64,000 nt of DNA from a virus. Taxonomy: Duplodnaviria; Heunggongvirae; Uroviricota; Caudoviricetes. Both the position numbers and the translations under genes were made by a program. Location of the stretch: IMG/VR virus record IMGVR_UViG_3300037312_000757; one strand, written 5' to 3'. Positions within the stretch are counted from its first letter, which is position 1, and every line of letters starts with the position of its first letter. Positions 18,959 through 28,979 of this stretch are shown here, in pieces. The notes under the pieces are model-generated. The model did not search any database. It had not been told where the DNA came from and was given only the letters and a program-made list of their open reading frames with translations.

Positions 18959-19333
18959 CTATCGCGGTGGTTCTGGCTTGGCGATGATTCGATAGAACAG
19001 CGTAGGATACATGAGCTTCAACTGAATCGCAGTTTCTTCATCAACTTCTAGCCACTGGCCGTACCATTTATGGTCAGGCCGTTCACCCTCGTAGAGTGCA
19101 AGACCGTCCATCCAAACGATGTTACCGTAGCCTTCTTCCAATCGCCATTTGGCGGCAAACATTGGAATTCTGAGCTTATTGCCGGCTGGGTAACCAAGCG
19201 TGTCGTTTAACCAGCCTAGCATATCTGTCTGCTCTTCTGTGAGATTGAGCACCAAATCATTCGCATCGTAGCGAAATGTAGCCATGCCGTAGTACCGTGG
19301 TACGCTATTGATCTTTACTTCTAGTCGATACAT
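18959..19333 (-). CDS. Small paralog family A-like
   Basis: LEVDEETAIQLKLMYP. Confidence 0.65.
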   Translation of the reverse strand: MYRLEVKINSVPRYYGMATFRYDANDLVLNLTEEQTDMLGWLNDTLGYPAGNKLRIPMFAAKWRLEEGYGNIVWMDGLALYEGERPDHKWYGQWLEVDEETAIQLKLMYPTLFYRIIAKPEPPR

Positions 19334-19598
19334 GTGGAAATCTCAAACGGTATTCAACTGCTAGTGGTGTATCAAAGATGTGCAGAGTGTGCTCTCTGAT
19401 TGACCACACGTCACTGTAGACGGTGAATGTATGTTGGTCGTATGACACTTTTGTTGCTTGTTCAACTAACCAATCGAAAGCTTCTTGCACTGGACGAGAG
19501 GGGCAGTAATGTCGCCATGGTGGATCTTCACCTTGTCTGTACATTAGATGCCAGTCATCTCCAAAGTAGAAAGTGTACATGATTGTGAAGAAAGCCAT
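19305..19598 (-). CDS. Small paralog family A-like (start probably 19580)
   Basis: HIFDTPLAVEYRLRFP. Confidence 0.6.
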   Translation of the reverse strand: MAFFTIMYTFYFGDDWHLMYRQGEDPPWRHYCPSRPVQEAFDWLVEQATKVSYDQHTFTVYSDVWSIREHTLHIFDTPLAVEYRLRFPHVSTRSKDQ

Positions 19599-19630
19599 CT
19601 TTCGATGGCTTTCTTTGCAATGTGGCTTGC

Positions 19631-20098
19631 TTAAATTGATGCGTCTTCAATACCTGCAACACGCAGCTTCGTAATGTTACCAAGCTGGAAGTGCAAGTAT
19701 TCCAAACCCTTCATAATCGCAAGGAACTTGTTACGCGTGAGCGCAACCTGGTTAATGAGCAGTGCAAGGTCAAGCACCTTTGGATCAGCATCAGCATACT
19801 TGTCAGCGTCACGACTGGTTAGTTGTCGTGCATACTTCTCCATGTAGAACTGATAACGCTCACCCTTAATTTTGCGCAACTGAATGTTCAAATATTCAAG
19901 GATTGCTTCAAGCTCTTGCAATTGTGCAAAACGATATGCTGACCAACCAGGAATCAGTTTTGCAATGTGTTCGATCTTACCCTTTGTTTTCACCTCGGCG
20001 AGTGCGTCTGCGTGCTCTTGTTCATAGTGCAACAAACATTCGACGAGGGGTGTTAGATCTTCGGGATCCGCAGTAATGCGGCCATACCACCCGCTCAT
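19631..20098 (-). CDS. uvsY: UvsY-like recombination mediator
   Basis: Helical 155 aa, LTSRDADKYADAD motif, next to uvsX. Confidence 0.7.
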   Translation of the reverse strand: MSGWYGRITADPEDLTPLVECLLHYEQEHADALAEVKTKGKIEHIAKLIPGWSAYRFAQLQELEAILEYLNIQLRKIKGERYQFYMEKYARQLTSRDADKYADADPKVLDLALLINQVALTRNKFLAIMKGLEYLHFQLGNITKLRVAGIEDASI

Positions 20099-20113
20099 TT
20101 ATTTTTTGTCCTT

Positions 20114-20392
20114 TTAATCGAAGTCTAGTTCGCGATAGTCATCATCGTCCTCGTCTTCATCATCGACGATTTCCATGCCAAATAACGCTTCATACGCATT
20201 ATGCAGGTTGCGGTCTTCCTCCGCAATAATCCCCAACTCTTTTGCCTCAACCCCGAAGTTGATCAACGTGCTGAGGAATTCCTCAGCAACGTCGTCACGT
20301 GATTTCGAAGGGATGAAGTCTTTGACGGAGTCCCAGAGTTCCAGGAGCATCTCAACTTCAACTTCAACGCTCATCTTATTCTTCGTCCTCAA
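20114..20392 (-). CDS. Acidic hypothetical protein (start probably 20374)
   Basis: GAGG before MSVEVE; acidic tail. Confidence 0.65.
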   Translation of the reverse strand: MRTKNKMSVEVEVEMLLELWDSVKDFIPSKSRDDVAEEFLSTLINFGVEAKELGIIAEEDRNLHNAYEALFGMEIVDDEDEDDDDYRELDFD

Positions 20393-21464
20393 CTACTGGG
20401 TCAACCAGGTTGGCTTCATCAGCGCCCAGCTTCGTGTTCCACTCAAGCATAATCTGCATGAGCAGGTCATCTGAAATCTGCTTGCGGAACAACTTGTGTT
20501 CCGTGCCGTCGTTAGCCACATATTTCAGCTTGTTACCATCCTTCACGAGAACATTCTTGCTCTCGAACAACTCGATCAGACCAGAGTATGGATCCATGCC
20601 TGTGTCGTATGGAATCTTGACTTCCATTGTTTCGAATGGTTTCGCATAACGTGACTTCATGACCTTAATCGCTGCGCGAATACCAGTCACATCTGAAGTC
20701 TTGTTGCCATCAGCGTCTTCCTTCAGCTTACGCTTCTGCATCGCAACCACAATTGATGCAGCATACACAACACCCTGGCCACCAGAGATCTTGTCATCTG
20801 GGTCAAACATGTCTTGTGACGCATATGAGTGGTTGGTTGTGACCAGACCAACATCATATTCACCGAACATGTTGGTAACGTTTGTCACCAGCGCCTTCAG
20901 TGCCTTTGGCTTACGACCCATGTCACCCTTCAGCTCACCAGCTTCAAACTGTGCAACGTCAGTTGCAGTCATCAGCATGCCCAGTGAGTCGATGATGAAC
21001 ATAACCTTTGGTCGTTCTGTAGCATCGAGTGAACCGTAGTTCGTTTTGTAGTCCTTCATGAAGTCGCTGATGATCTTAGCCACGTCATCGATCATCGCTG
21101 CGCTAATACGCATCAGCTTTGTCTCATCCGTGTCAACGCCAAGTGCCTTCAACCATGCTTCATCAAGTGCGTTTTCCGTGTCAATCATGACAACGAAAAT
21201 ACCTTGTTTCTGTGCTTCGCGCGCAATGTTGCCCGACACGATAAACGACTTGCCTGAGCCTGACTGACCAGCAAACATTGTTGACTTACCAAGAGGAACA
21301 CCCTTGAAGAAGTCGTTTGAGATCATATAGTTCAGTGCATAGTTGCCAGTGCTGACCCAAGTCTTTGGGTCATTAAAGCCAATGCTAATGCCGTTAATGG
21401 CACTAGTGATTGACTTTCTGAATTTGGATACGTCGATTGCCTTCATTGTTATTATCTTTGCCAA
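20376..21464 (-). CDS. uvsX: UvsX/RecA-like recombinase (start probably 21446)
   Basis: STGNYALN, AGQSGSGKS, IDTENA, IIDSLG, SGGQG. Confidence 0.93.
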   Translation of the reverse strand: MAKIITMKAIDVSKFRKSITSAINGISIGFNDPKTWVSTGNYALNYMISNDFFKGVPLGKSTMFAGQSGSGKSFIVSGNIAREAQKQGIFVVMIDTENALDEAWLKALGVDTDETKLMRISAAMIDDVAKIISDFMKDYKTNYGSLDATERPKVMFIIDSLGMLMTATDVAQFEAGELKGDMGRKPKALKALVTNVTNMFGEYDVGLVTTNHSYASQDMFDPDDKISGGQGVVYAASIVVAMQKRKLKEDADGNKTSDVTGIRAAIKVMKSRYAKPFETMEVKIPYDTGMDPYSGLIELFESKNVLVKDGNKLKYVANDGTEHKLFRKQISDDLLMQIMLEWNTKLGADEANLVDPVVEDEE

Positions 21465-21530
21465 TTTTTAGTGTGAACATCGCAGCGGGAAGTCATTGCT
21501 GACTTCCCTGACAAACATGACTAATTGGAA

Positions 21531-22502
21531 TTAGTTTGTTGTGCGAGCCTTGATACGTGCAAGGATATCTTGCGCGTTTGGCTTACCAGCTGCTGCGGCT
21601 GGTGCTGCTGGAGCTGACACTGCTGGAGTGTATGACTCTTCGTGTGACTCATCCTGAGCAGGAGTAAAGCGTGGTGCTGCCGCTGCTGGAGCTGCTGCGC
21701 CGCCTTGCTTGAATGCGCCTTGTGGACGGTAAACCGAACCGTAGCTTGCTGAGTCGAATGGACGACCAGCCAGGCTGTCTTCGAACATGGCCTTGATCAT
21801 GTCAATGCCATCACGGTCTGGACGTGCGCCCAGGAATTCCTTCAGGTTCCACAAACCATATTGATCAACCGCTGCCAGTTCTGTGTCGTTCAAAGCACGA
21901 ACCTTGAATGACCACTGTGAAGTTGAGTAGTTTGCGTACTCGCCCTTCTTTGTCTTTGTCAGCTTGAAGTCACGACCACCGATGAAGTCGGTTGGCAGAT
22001 CTTCCATTTCTGGGTTCATCAGTGAGTTCTTGATGATCTCATAGATGGATGGGTTGATGATAAAGCGACGGATTGGATTTTCCGGTGCGTTTTGTTCTTC
22101 AAACGCGCTGTTCACAACAAAACCTTGGAACAGGTAGCTCTTCTTCTTGTAGTAAACGCGAGCCAAGTCCTTCTTGCTTTCGTCCTTCCACCATGGGCGG
22201 ATGGCTTCAGTAATCGGGCAGCGGTCACCGAACATGTCAACGCAAGGAACTTGAACTGTAACTTCGTTGTCTGATTGACCAACCACACCGCTGAACGGCA
22301 GCTTGATGATCTGACGTTCTTGCCAGAAGAATGTGTTGTCTTGGTCGCCGTCAGGAAGGAAACGGATCAGGGAAGTTTGACCTTCTGGTGTGTTCCAGAA
22401 TGGATAGGACGCGTTGTCGCCAGTGCTTTGTGCTGGACGCTCGCCGCTTGACTTGTTAGCTTGCTCGAGAAGCTTTGCTTGGATTTCTGCCAATGTTGCC
22501 AT
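21531..22502 (-). CDS. Single-stranded DNA-binding protein (T4 gp32-like)
   Basis: IRFLP, CxxxxGxxCP, GRDFKL, YANYSTS. Confidence 0.9.
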   Translation of the reverse strand: MATLAEIQAKLLEQANKSSGERPAQSTGDNASYPFWNTPEGQTSLIRFLPDGDQDNTFFWQERQIIKLPFSGVVGQSDNEVTVQVPCVDMFGDRCPITEAIRPWWKDESKKDLARVYYKKKSYLFQGFVVNSAFEEQNAPENPIRRFIINPSIYEIIKNSLMNPEMEDLPTDFIGGRDFKLTKTKKGEYANYSTSQWSFKVRALNDTELAAVDQYGLWNLKEFLGARPDRDGIDMIKAMFEDSLAGRPFDSASYGSVYRPQGAFKQGGAAAPAAAAPRFTPAQDESHEESYTPAVSAPAAPAAAAGKPNAQDILARIKARTTN

Positions 22503-22747
22503 TTTGTTTGCCTTTATTATTTTTGTTTATTGTTGTTGTAATTTGTAGTTGCCTACTTCTTACAGTTTACGCTACCAGCTCTTAAACTGCAAAATAAAAG
22601 TTTTATATTTTTGTTTGCCTTTATCTTGCCGTTTTCTTTAAGTGCTTCTAGTGTAACTGTGTTTGCCTAGACGCCGCAAAATGTTTTTGCGCCGACATTT
22701 TTATTTATCTTCCTGGTTTCTTTCTAGAACACTAGAAATCAATAAAA

Positions 22748-22780
22748 TGGCACATGGTGCATTTCTACACCATGTGCCAT
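22748..22780 (-). terminator. Terminator ATGGCACATGGTG...CACCATGTGCCAT
   Basis: 13-bp stem followed by TTTATT on - strand. Confidence 0.75.
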
Positions 22781-22810
22781 GTTACGCTTACCTACGCTGG
22801 TGTGTCAAAA

Positions 22811-25300
22811 TTAGATTTTGTTCAGACCAGCAAGTGTACGCATACGGTCGATCATTGACTGGTCGGCTGTGTGGCCGTCCTTGTCCTTTGATTCAACTTC
22901 ATCAGCAAGGCTGTGTGATTGATCACGTGGCATAATGAAGTCTTCCAGACTCAAACCTTCGATCACATCAAGTGAATCATCGGTGTGACCACCGTCACCT
23001 GAAACATATGACTCGTCTGTTTCTTCGTCTGTTTCGTTGCAAGCACTGCTATCGTGCATGTTTGCGCCATTGTGATCAACGTAACCAGGACCACCAACAG
23101 CTTCATCAACTTCGTCGTCTTGCATACGTGACAGGCGATCTTGCAGCTTGTCATGGCGCATCTTTGTTTCCTTGTACTCAGGATGGAATGCGTTCATGTT
23201 CTTCAGCTTTGCCTTAACACCTGGAAGTTCACGCTTTGCATCTTGGAAGCTGATATCCGATGCTTCGTCGGTACGCTGCTTTTCTTCACGTGCCTTACGA
23301 CGTTCTTCGTCCTTTTCCTTCTTGGATTGAGAATCTTCGTCGTCATTGCGCTTGAATGACTTACCTTCCTCAACAGGTTCGTTACGACGTTGTTCACGGC
23401 GTTCCTTATCCTGCTTCTTCTTCTCATCTGCGTCTTCGTCCTTGTTACGCTTGAATGATTTGCCTTCTTCTACTGGCTCATTCTTACGTTCTTCACGACG
23501 CTTCTGGTCTTCATTGCGCTTTTGCTTGACGTCACCTTCTTCGTCATCATTACGCTTAAATGACTTGCCTTCTTCTACTGGTTCTTGCTTGCGAGAATCA
23601 CGACGCTCTTTGTCGTCCTTCTTCTTTTGATCAACATCTTCGTCTTTATTACGTTTGAAGCTCTTGCCTTCTTCGACAGGTTCCTTCTTGCGTTCTTCAC
23701 GACGTTGCTGGTCTTGCTTCTTCTTGTCATCAGCGTCTTCATCACGATTACGCTTGAATGTCTTACCTTCTGACATCGCGTGCATATGCGCATCGCTAAT
23801 CCAACCTTCATTGCGATCGTCATACCACTTTGCAACGAGCTTACCACCGTATGAAGCAGCTGAGCCATTGTCATCGTCAACATCAATGCTGTGCAGCGCG
23901 TTGAGCCATTGTGACTTGTTCTTGAACCACTTAGCACCGTAAACGCCTTCGTCAGTGCGACGCTTTTCTTCACGTGCTTTACGGCGCTCTTCGTCCTTTT
24001 CCTTCTTTGACTGTGAGTCGTCGTCATTACGCTTGAATGACTTGCCTTCGAACATGGTGTCAACATCAAACTCTGCCATCCAAGCATTGAATGCTTCAAT
24101 CACTTCGTTGTTTTCTGCCAGGCCTTCTTCATCTGGGTCAGCGTTAGCCATTTCGTCTTCTTCGAGATCGTCCATGTCATCCATGTCTTCATCTTCGTGG
24201 AATGCACCGTCTTGGCCTTCGTCTTCCTTGTCATCACCGTCATCTTGAGCACCTGATGGTGAAACAGGCTTTTGTGGTTGCTGTGGCTGCTTTGCCAGAG
24301 CGTCTTGCTGCTTGTCAGCTGAATCGTCCTGTGGGTTTGTAGCTGGACGCATATCTTCTGCTACGTCAACATGCTTGCAAACTGATTCAAGAACAGTGTC
24401 AGCCAGTTCAATACCTTCGATTGCCAGGAATGAACGCAGAGCTTCGACTGACTCGCTCAGTGCTGATTCTGTCAGTGCTTCGCCTTCTGTGATGCGTGCC
24501 GATTCACGAACATATGACGCGTCGTCACGGCAAAGACGCTCGAATGTGTGGCGCAGTGCCTTTGCGCTTTCGCGTACTGACTCACGAACGTTCATAGCTT
24601 CCGCTGGGAGGCTCTTCTGGTGTGCGTAGATGTGATTAGCGACGTTTGACAGATTTGAAAAATCTTGTGCCATACGGATAATTTGCTGACCTACTTCGTC
24701 TGCAAATGTACCACCATGGTTAACGTGTTGTGTCATGGCGCGTGCGCCTGACAGAACGTTCACTGGGAACAAGAAACGTTCTCCTTGTGCGTTCTCGATG
24801 AAGATGCTCTGAATTGAACGTCCACGGCCACCAATCATGTTTTCATTAACACGGGCGCTATGACGAACGATCATTCGAGCATTTTCAAGCTTCAGGTATG
24901 AGCTCTTGCTCGTACCGTACAAACCTTCCATAATGTTCATTGAAGAATACTCCTTTTGCTCTTGTACCGCTGCTTGGGTTGCGAAATCCTTAGGCACGAG
25001 TTGTTTGTTGTACTTGCGGAGATTGAAAAGCACATTGAATTGTGTGGCGATGTGGCGAAGCACTGTCGCAAATTCCATGACTTCAGCAATAGTGATGTGA
25101 TCACTCAAGTACACCTTAATCGCGCTGTTATCCCCGTCCTCAAGCACGCTCACGAGAATGTTGTCATCCTCGAGATAAAAACGGCGAGCGTCTGATGGTT
25201 CAAATACTCGGTTACCATTTTCGTCATAGAGGACAATTTCCTTGCCATAGGCACGAAGTACCTGAAAGGTTTCAAGGGCAAGTTCACTAAAATCGATCAT
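22811..25300 (-). CDS. Large late protein with charged repeats; putative prohead core/internal polyprotein
   Basis: Late promoter core, six GK(S/T)FKRN repeats bounded by x-x-E/G, C-terminal RMRTLAGL. Confidence 0.7.
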   Translation of the reverse strand: MIDFSELALETFQVLRAYGKEIVLYDENGNRVFEPSDARRFYLEDDNILVSVLEDGDNSAIKVYLSDHITIAEVMEFATVLRHIATQFNVLFNLRKYNKQLVPKDFATQAAVQEQKEYSSMNIMEGLYGTSKSSYLKLENARMIVRHSARVNENMIGGRGRSIQSIFIENAQGERFLFPVNVLSGARAMTQHVNHGGTFADEVGQQIIRMAQDFSNLSNVANHIYAHQKSLPAEAMNVRESVRESAKALRHTFERLCRDDASYVRESARITEGEALTESALSESVEALRSFLAIEGIELADTVLESVCKHVDVAEDMRPATNPQDDSADKQQDALAKQPQQPQKPVSPSGAQDDGDDKEDEGQDGAFHEDEDMDDMDDLEEDEMANADPDEEGLAENNEVIEAFNAWMAEFDVDTMFEGKSFKRNDDDSQSKKEKDEERRKAREEKRRTDEGVYGAKWFKNKSQWLNALHSIDVDDDNGSAASYGGKLVAKWYDDRNEGWISDAHMHAMSEGKTFKRNRDEDADDKKKQDQQRREERKKEPVEEGKSFKRNKDEDVDQKKKDDKERRDSRKQEPVEEGKSFKRNDDEEGDVKQKRNEDQKRREERKNEPVEEGKSFKRNKDEDADEKKKQDKERREQRRNEPVEEGKSFKRNDDEDSQSKKEKDEERRKAREEKQRTDEASDISFQDAKRELPGVKAKLKNMNAFHPEYKETKMRHDKLQDRLSRMQDDEVDEAVGGPGYVDHNGANMHDSSACNETDEETDESYVSGDGGHTDDSLDVIEGLSLEDFIMPRDQSHSLADEVESKDKDGHTADQSMIDRMRTLAGLNKI
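23270..24050 (-). repeat. Six copies of a ~100-bp coding repeat (E-GKSFKRN...EPVEE)
   Basis: Visible in protein and DNA (cgcttgaatgacttgccttc variants). Confidence 0.9.
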
Positions 25301-25337
25301 TGGTTATCCGATTGGGTTAATAACTAGACTTATTTAT

Positions 25338-26921
25338 TTAGATGATTACTGGCATTGGCATGATGTTCATTGCATCTTCCGGATCGATTGTTTCCTTCAG
25401 ATCTTCATGATCGATGCCCTGAGCCCACATCATAACCGTTTCAAGCATACGCACTACTAACAAAGTAGCAGAAACCAAGTCGTCATGTTCGCCCAACTTG
25501 GCAGCATAGCTTGGGCCTGAGCTAACAAACATTTTGAGTTCCTTGACAAGCTCTCGGCTCCAGACGCGCATACGTCCACTTTCAATCAAACTCTTCATTT
25601 TGCCGCACGCAGCCAACTTCTTACGGTTATCAGTGTTCAAACCTTTACGGAATCGACGGGTTGCACCCGCTTTGCGAGGTTCACTAATAAAGATACCAGG
25701 GAAATTTTGCTCGCCAGTATCATCAATGATTTGCAAGACGGTCTCACCGATTGTGTTGTTCTCAACAGTCCAGAACAATTGTGGATCGCCATCTTGATTT
25801 GGATCTTCACGCAGTGTCTGATGGAGAATCAAAAGAATCTGCATGAGGATACGAACTTGTCCGGCAGCCGGGGTTTGGTTATGCTTCCACTCGGCCACCT
25901 GTACCATCTCAGGATACTGGAAAACCTGAATTGCCGCAAAATCCCCACCAGTTCCCAAAGAGGGATCCAATGCAACCATGTATGCTTTGTTTGCTTCTGG
26001 CTCTTGGAACCAACGCACTTGACCAGTGTAATGCTCTGGTTCCTTTGACTTCATAGTAGCCAGAACCATTGGAGCGATCAATGTTTCATCGTCTGAAACG
26101 AATTCACATTCAAATTCCTGGCGGAACTTAGCTTCGCCCAAGCTCAAACGGAATGGTGCCGCCCATGCTTCGTCTCGTTCCGGATGAGCGTCCCACTTAA
26201 CCAAGATCGGTTTAAAGCCGTTAACACCAAGACCGCCTTCGATTGGATTACCATATTCGTCGGTATTGTCGTTAGCACCCTTCCAGATTTGAGCAAATTG
26301 GTCTTCGTCTGACTTTGGGGTTGATGTGATAATGCAGCTACCACCGGTTGACAGTGTAGGTTGAATAGCGGTCCAGAATTCCTGCGCCATTGTTGGTCGT
26401 ACGAATGCGAACTCGTCTAGGTACAGCAGAGTAATAGAAAGACCACGACCAGCATCTGGTGTTGTTGCACGAGCAATAATTCGTGAGCCGTTGTCAAATG
26501 TAATCGTACCCTTGTTGTATTCAGTTACACCAGCACGGATGAAGTTCGGACATTCTTCGTATGAATAACGGATACGATCCATAATTTCCATCGCAGCAGA
26601 AAATTTGTTTGCGGCGATCAGAATCTTGGTATCCGGACGGAACATTGCCAACCAGAGCAGATATGCACCAGCGGTCGTTGTTTTACCCATCTGGCGAGCA
26701 GTAAGGCCAACTACGAAGCGATTTTCAGCAAATGCTTCGATCATTTCCTTCTGGTAGTCATACAGATTGAAGTTGATAGAACCCTTCTTAGGGTGCTGAA
26801 TCTTCACAAATGTTTCTGTGAAGTAAACAGGATCGTCAATGCAGCGCATCAGCATTGCCAACTGTTCTTTGTTATAGGAGTCCTTGGTGTGACTCTTCTT
26901 AATGATTTCTATATTAGCCAT
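25338..26921 (-). CDS. Terminase large subunit (gp17-like)
   Basis: ARQMGKTT, LYLDEFAF, ITSTP, FRQEFEC, ALDPS, HDDLV. Confidence 0.95.
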   Translation of the reverse strand: MANIEIIKKSHTKDSYNKEQLAMLMRCIDDPVYFTETFVKIQHPKKGSINFNLYDYQKEMIEAFAENRFVVGLTARQMGKTTTAGAYLLWLAMFRPDTKILIAANKFSAAMEIMDRIRYSYEECPNFIRAGVTEYNKGTITFDNGSRIIARATTPDAGRGLSITLLYLDEFAFVRPTMAQEFWTAIQPTLSTGGSCIITSTPKSDEDQFAQIWKGANDNTDEYGNPIEGGLGVNGFKPILVKWDAHPERDEAWAAPFRLSLGEAKFRQEFECEFVSDDETLIAPMVLATMKSKEPEHYTGQVRWFQEPEANKAYMVALDPSLGTGGDFAAIQVFQYPEMVQVAEWKHNQTPAAGQVRILMQILLILHQTLREDPNQDGDPQLFWTVENNTIGETVLQIIDDTGEQNFPGIFISEPRKAGATRRFRKGLNTDNRKKLAACGKMKSLIESGRMRVWSRELVKELKMFVSSGPSYAAKLGEHDDLVSATLLVVRMLETVMMWAQGIDHEDLKETIDPEDAMNIMPMPVII

Positions 26922-26924
26922 GTA

Positions 26925-27305
26925 TTACCACGCAAGTTTGAATACAAGGGCATCCATAAGCTTTTCAAAATGGAACGTGAAGATCATCTTCTTGTAGTAC
27001 ATCTTGTTGGCTTTGTTGGTCTCGAAACGTGCTTCATAAAACCAGAGACCCGTACTGTGGGTATCAAACCATTCCTGAACGTCAAGCGGCAACATACCAC
27101 TCAATTCAATGTTGGTACCCTTCTCACTGTCCTCCCACAAAAGTTTATCTTCGAACGAGTAAGGCGGCATGGTCTTATCAACGTTCACGATAAAGCCTTC
27201 GTCATCGGCTTCCCATGAAGAGAAGTCGACGCCACGACGCTCCATTGGCGTCATGGTGTTAAGGCATCCTTTTATCCTTGGATGAGAATCGAACAATACG
27301 TGCAT
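26925..27305 (-). CDS. Small paralog family A
   Basis: C-terminus FHFEKLMDALVFKLAW. Confidence 0.7.
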   Translation of the reverse strand: MHVLFDSHPRIKGCLNTMTPMERRGVDFSSWEADDEGFIVNVDKTMPPYSFEDKLLWEDSEKGTNIELSGMLPLDVQEWFDTHSTGLWFYEARFETNKANKMYYKKMIFTFHFEKLMDALVFKLAW

Positions 27306-27344
27306 ATGTATCCAAATAAATGAGTTATATCTTTATTTAAAAAG

Positions 27345-27369
27345 AAAGGGACGGTTTCCCGTCCCTTTT
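27345..27369. terminator. Terminator AAAGGGACGG-tttc-CCGTCCCTTT
   Basis: Perfect stem with flanking tracts. Confidence 0.75.
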
Positions 27370-27389
27370 GTGTAAAAAGTGCTGAAAAT

Positions 27390-28979
27390 TTAGATATTCA
27401 GACCAATTTCATTGCCTTCCGCATCCAGTTGGCCATCCATCGCGTGTTCGTACTGTGACAGGATTTGCTGTTCCATGTCTTCATCGCCACCCGCTTGTTC
27501 AATGGCACCAAGGAATTCTTGTGCATCTTGACCCTGCAGATACAGACTCGCACCAGTTACGGCATCAGCAATTTGCACATTACCCATTGTGTCTGTGACA
27601 TAGCTGTAACGATGTTCACCACCAATAAACTCATTCAGATGTGTATCTGATTCGTCCATTTCGTGTGGCACGTGTTCTTCAAGCTTACCAGCCAATTGGT
27701 GGATTGCATGCTTACAGTAGTCCTTAGCATCAGCATCACTCATTGCTTCGCTTGACAGCTTATGTGCCAGCTTTGTGTAGCCTGTTGGTGTTAGCTCGAC
27801 ATCACCACTGATGATTGCTGAATCGTGAATGCCAAGAGCATGGAGCAGGTTGTGCAGACGCTCGATTACTTCTGGTGGAATAGCTCGCTTGATGATGTCC
27901 ATCACACCTTCTTCCAAATCGTCTTCACCTTCACGGCCCAGATAACCCCAGCTATCAACAACGGCTTGAATCACTTGTTGAGTCAGTTCTGGTGGGACAA
28001 TGTGTTGACCTGCGATAGTTGCCAAAATGCCTTCGTAGCAAGCTTCCTTACCTTCTTCATGTGTCATGCCTGGCTGTACCCAGTCTGAAGCGTGACTGTC
28101 CAAATACATACGATTGATCTTATCAACGTAACGCTGAACTTCTGGATCCAAAGACTGAGCTGCTTCATCAACCTCACCCTCCGTTACACCAAGATCACCA
28201 CCATGATAATCGACCATAAAGTCATCTACATATTTTTGTGCTGACTTTACACCAAGACATTCTTTAACAGCTTTGTCCAAGATTCGTGCTGCTTGCAAAT
28301 CGTCATAACCCTTAGCAATCATAGCATTAATCATCATGTAGATTGCATCACCATCAGGATAATCAGAAACAAAGTTTTGGAATTGCGTTGCGATACGACG
28401 CAATGCTGCCTTTTGTCTTGCTGCCTTTTCTTCTTCTTGCGCTACCAGTTCGGCTTTCTGCGCATCACGGTCTTGAGCCATACGCTGTTTGTTCTGCTGG
28501 GCCAATTGCTTTGCCCATGAAGGACCAGCCTCATCTACTTCTTCCGATTCACCAACTGGTGTATCATTGTCTGCTTCTGGTGCATTCAGGCTGGCTTCGA
28601 ATTCTGAACGTGGTACTGTGTTTGTAGAACCGTCAGCATCGCGGTAAGTAACGAACATCTTACCAGCAAATTGAACCGTTGCGTCGGATGGCATACCGTC
28701 AACGTAGCGCGTAACGGTTTGACCTTGTGACAAAGTAGTTTGTGGTTCGTCAGATGGTTGTTCTTCACCTTGCATTGGTTCTAGATCATCTTCGTCAACC
28801 ATCGGATTGTCACCCTGGTTGTTGATCATGCGAACTGGCAGATCAGCTTGACCTGGTTTGCTGGCGATTTGCGTAACCTTGTGAGTGCGTGGCTCGACGT
28901 GACCGAAGTCAAAATCGGCGTTTTCATTCAGCTTAACGCCAGCCAGCTGCAACATGCGCTTAATGTCTGATGTGCTCAT
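27390..28979 (-). CDS. Acidic multi-segment protein, putative processed head protein
   Basis: N-terminal RMLQLAGV; recurrent LNE/VDE/VTE/LEE/MDE sites between segments. Confidence 0.65.
   Translation of the reverse strand: MSTSDIKRMLQLAGVKLNENADFDFGHVEPRTHKVTQIASKPGQADLPVRMINNQGDNPMVDEDDLEPMQGEEQPSDEPQTTLSQGQTVTRYVDGMPSDATVQFAGKMFVTYRDADGSTNTVPRSEFEASLNAPEADNDTPVGESEEVDEAGPSWAKQLAQQNKQRMAQDRDAQKAELVAQEEEKAARQKAALRRIATQFQNFVSDYPDGDAIYMMINAMIAKGYDDLQAARILDKAVKECLGVKSAQKYVDDFMVDYHGGDLGVTEGEVDEAAQSLDPEVQRYVDKINRMYLDSHASDWVQPGMTHEEGKEACYEGILATIAGQHIVPPELTQQVIQAVVDSWGYLGREGEDDLEEGVMDIIKRAIPPEVIERLHNLLHALGIHDSAIISGDVELTPTGYTKLAHKLSSEAMSDADAKDYCKHAIHQLAGKLEEHVPHEMDESDTHLNEFIGGEHRYSYVTDTMGNVQIADAVTGASLYLQGQDAQEFLGAIEQAGGDEDMEQQILSQYEHAMDGQLDAEGNEIGLNI

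Noticed and set aside
23270-24050. Non-coding repeat array
   Set aside because: Repeats are in frame and vary synonymously, so they are protein repeats
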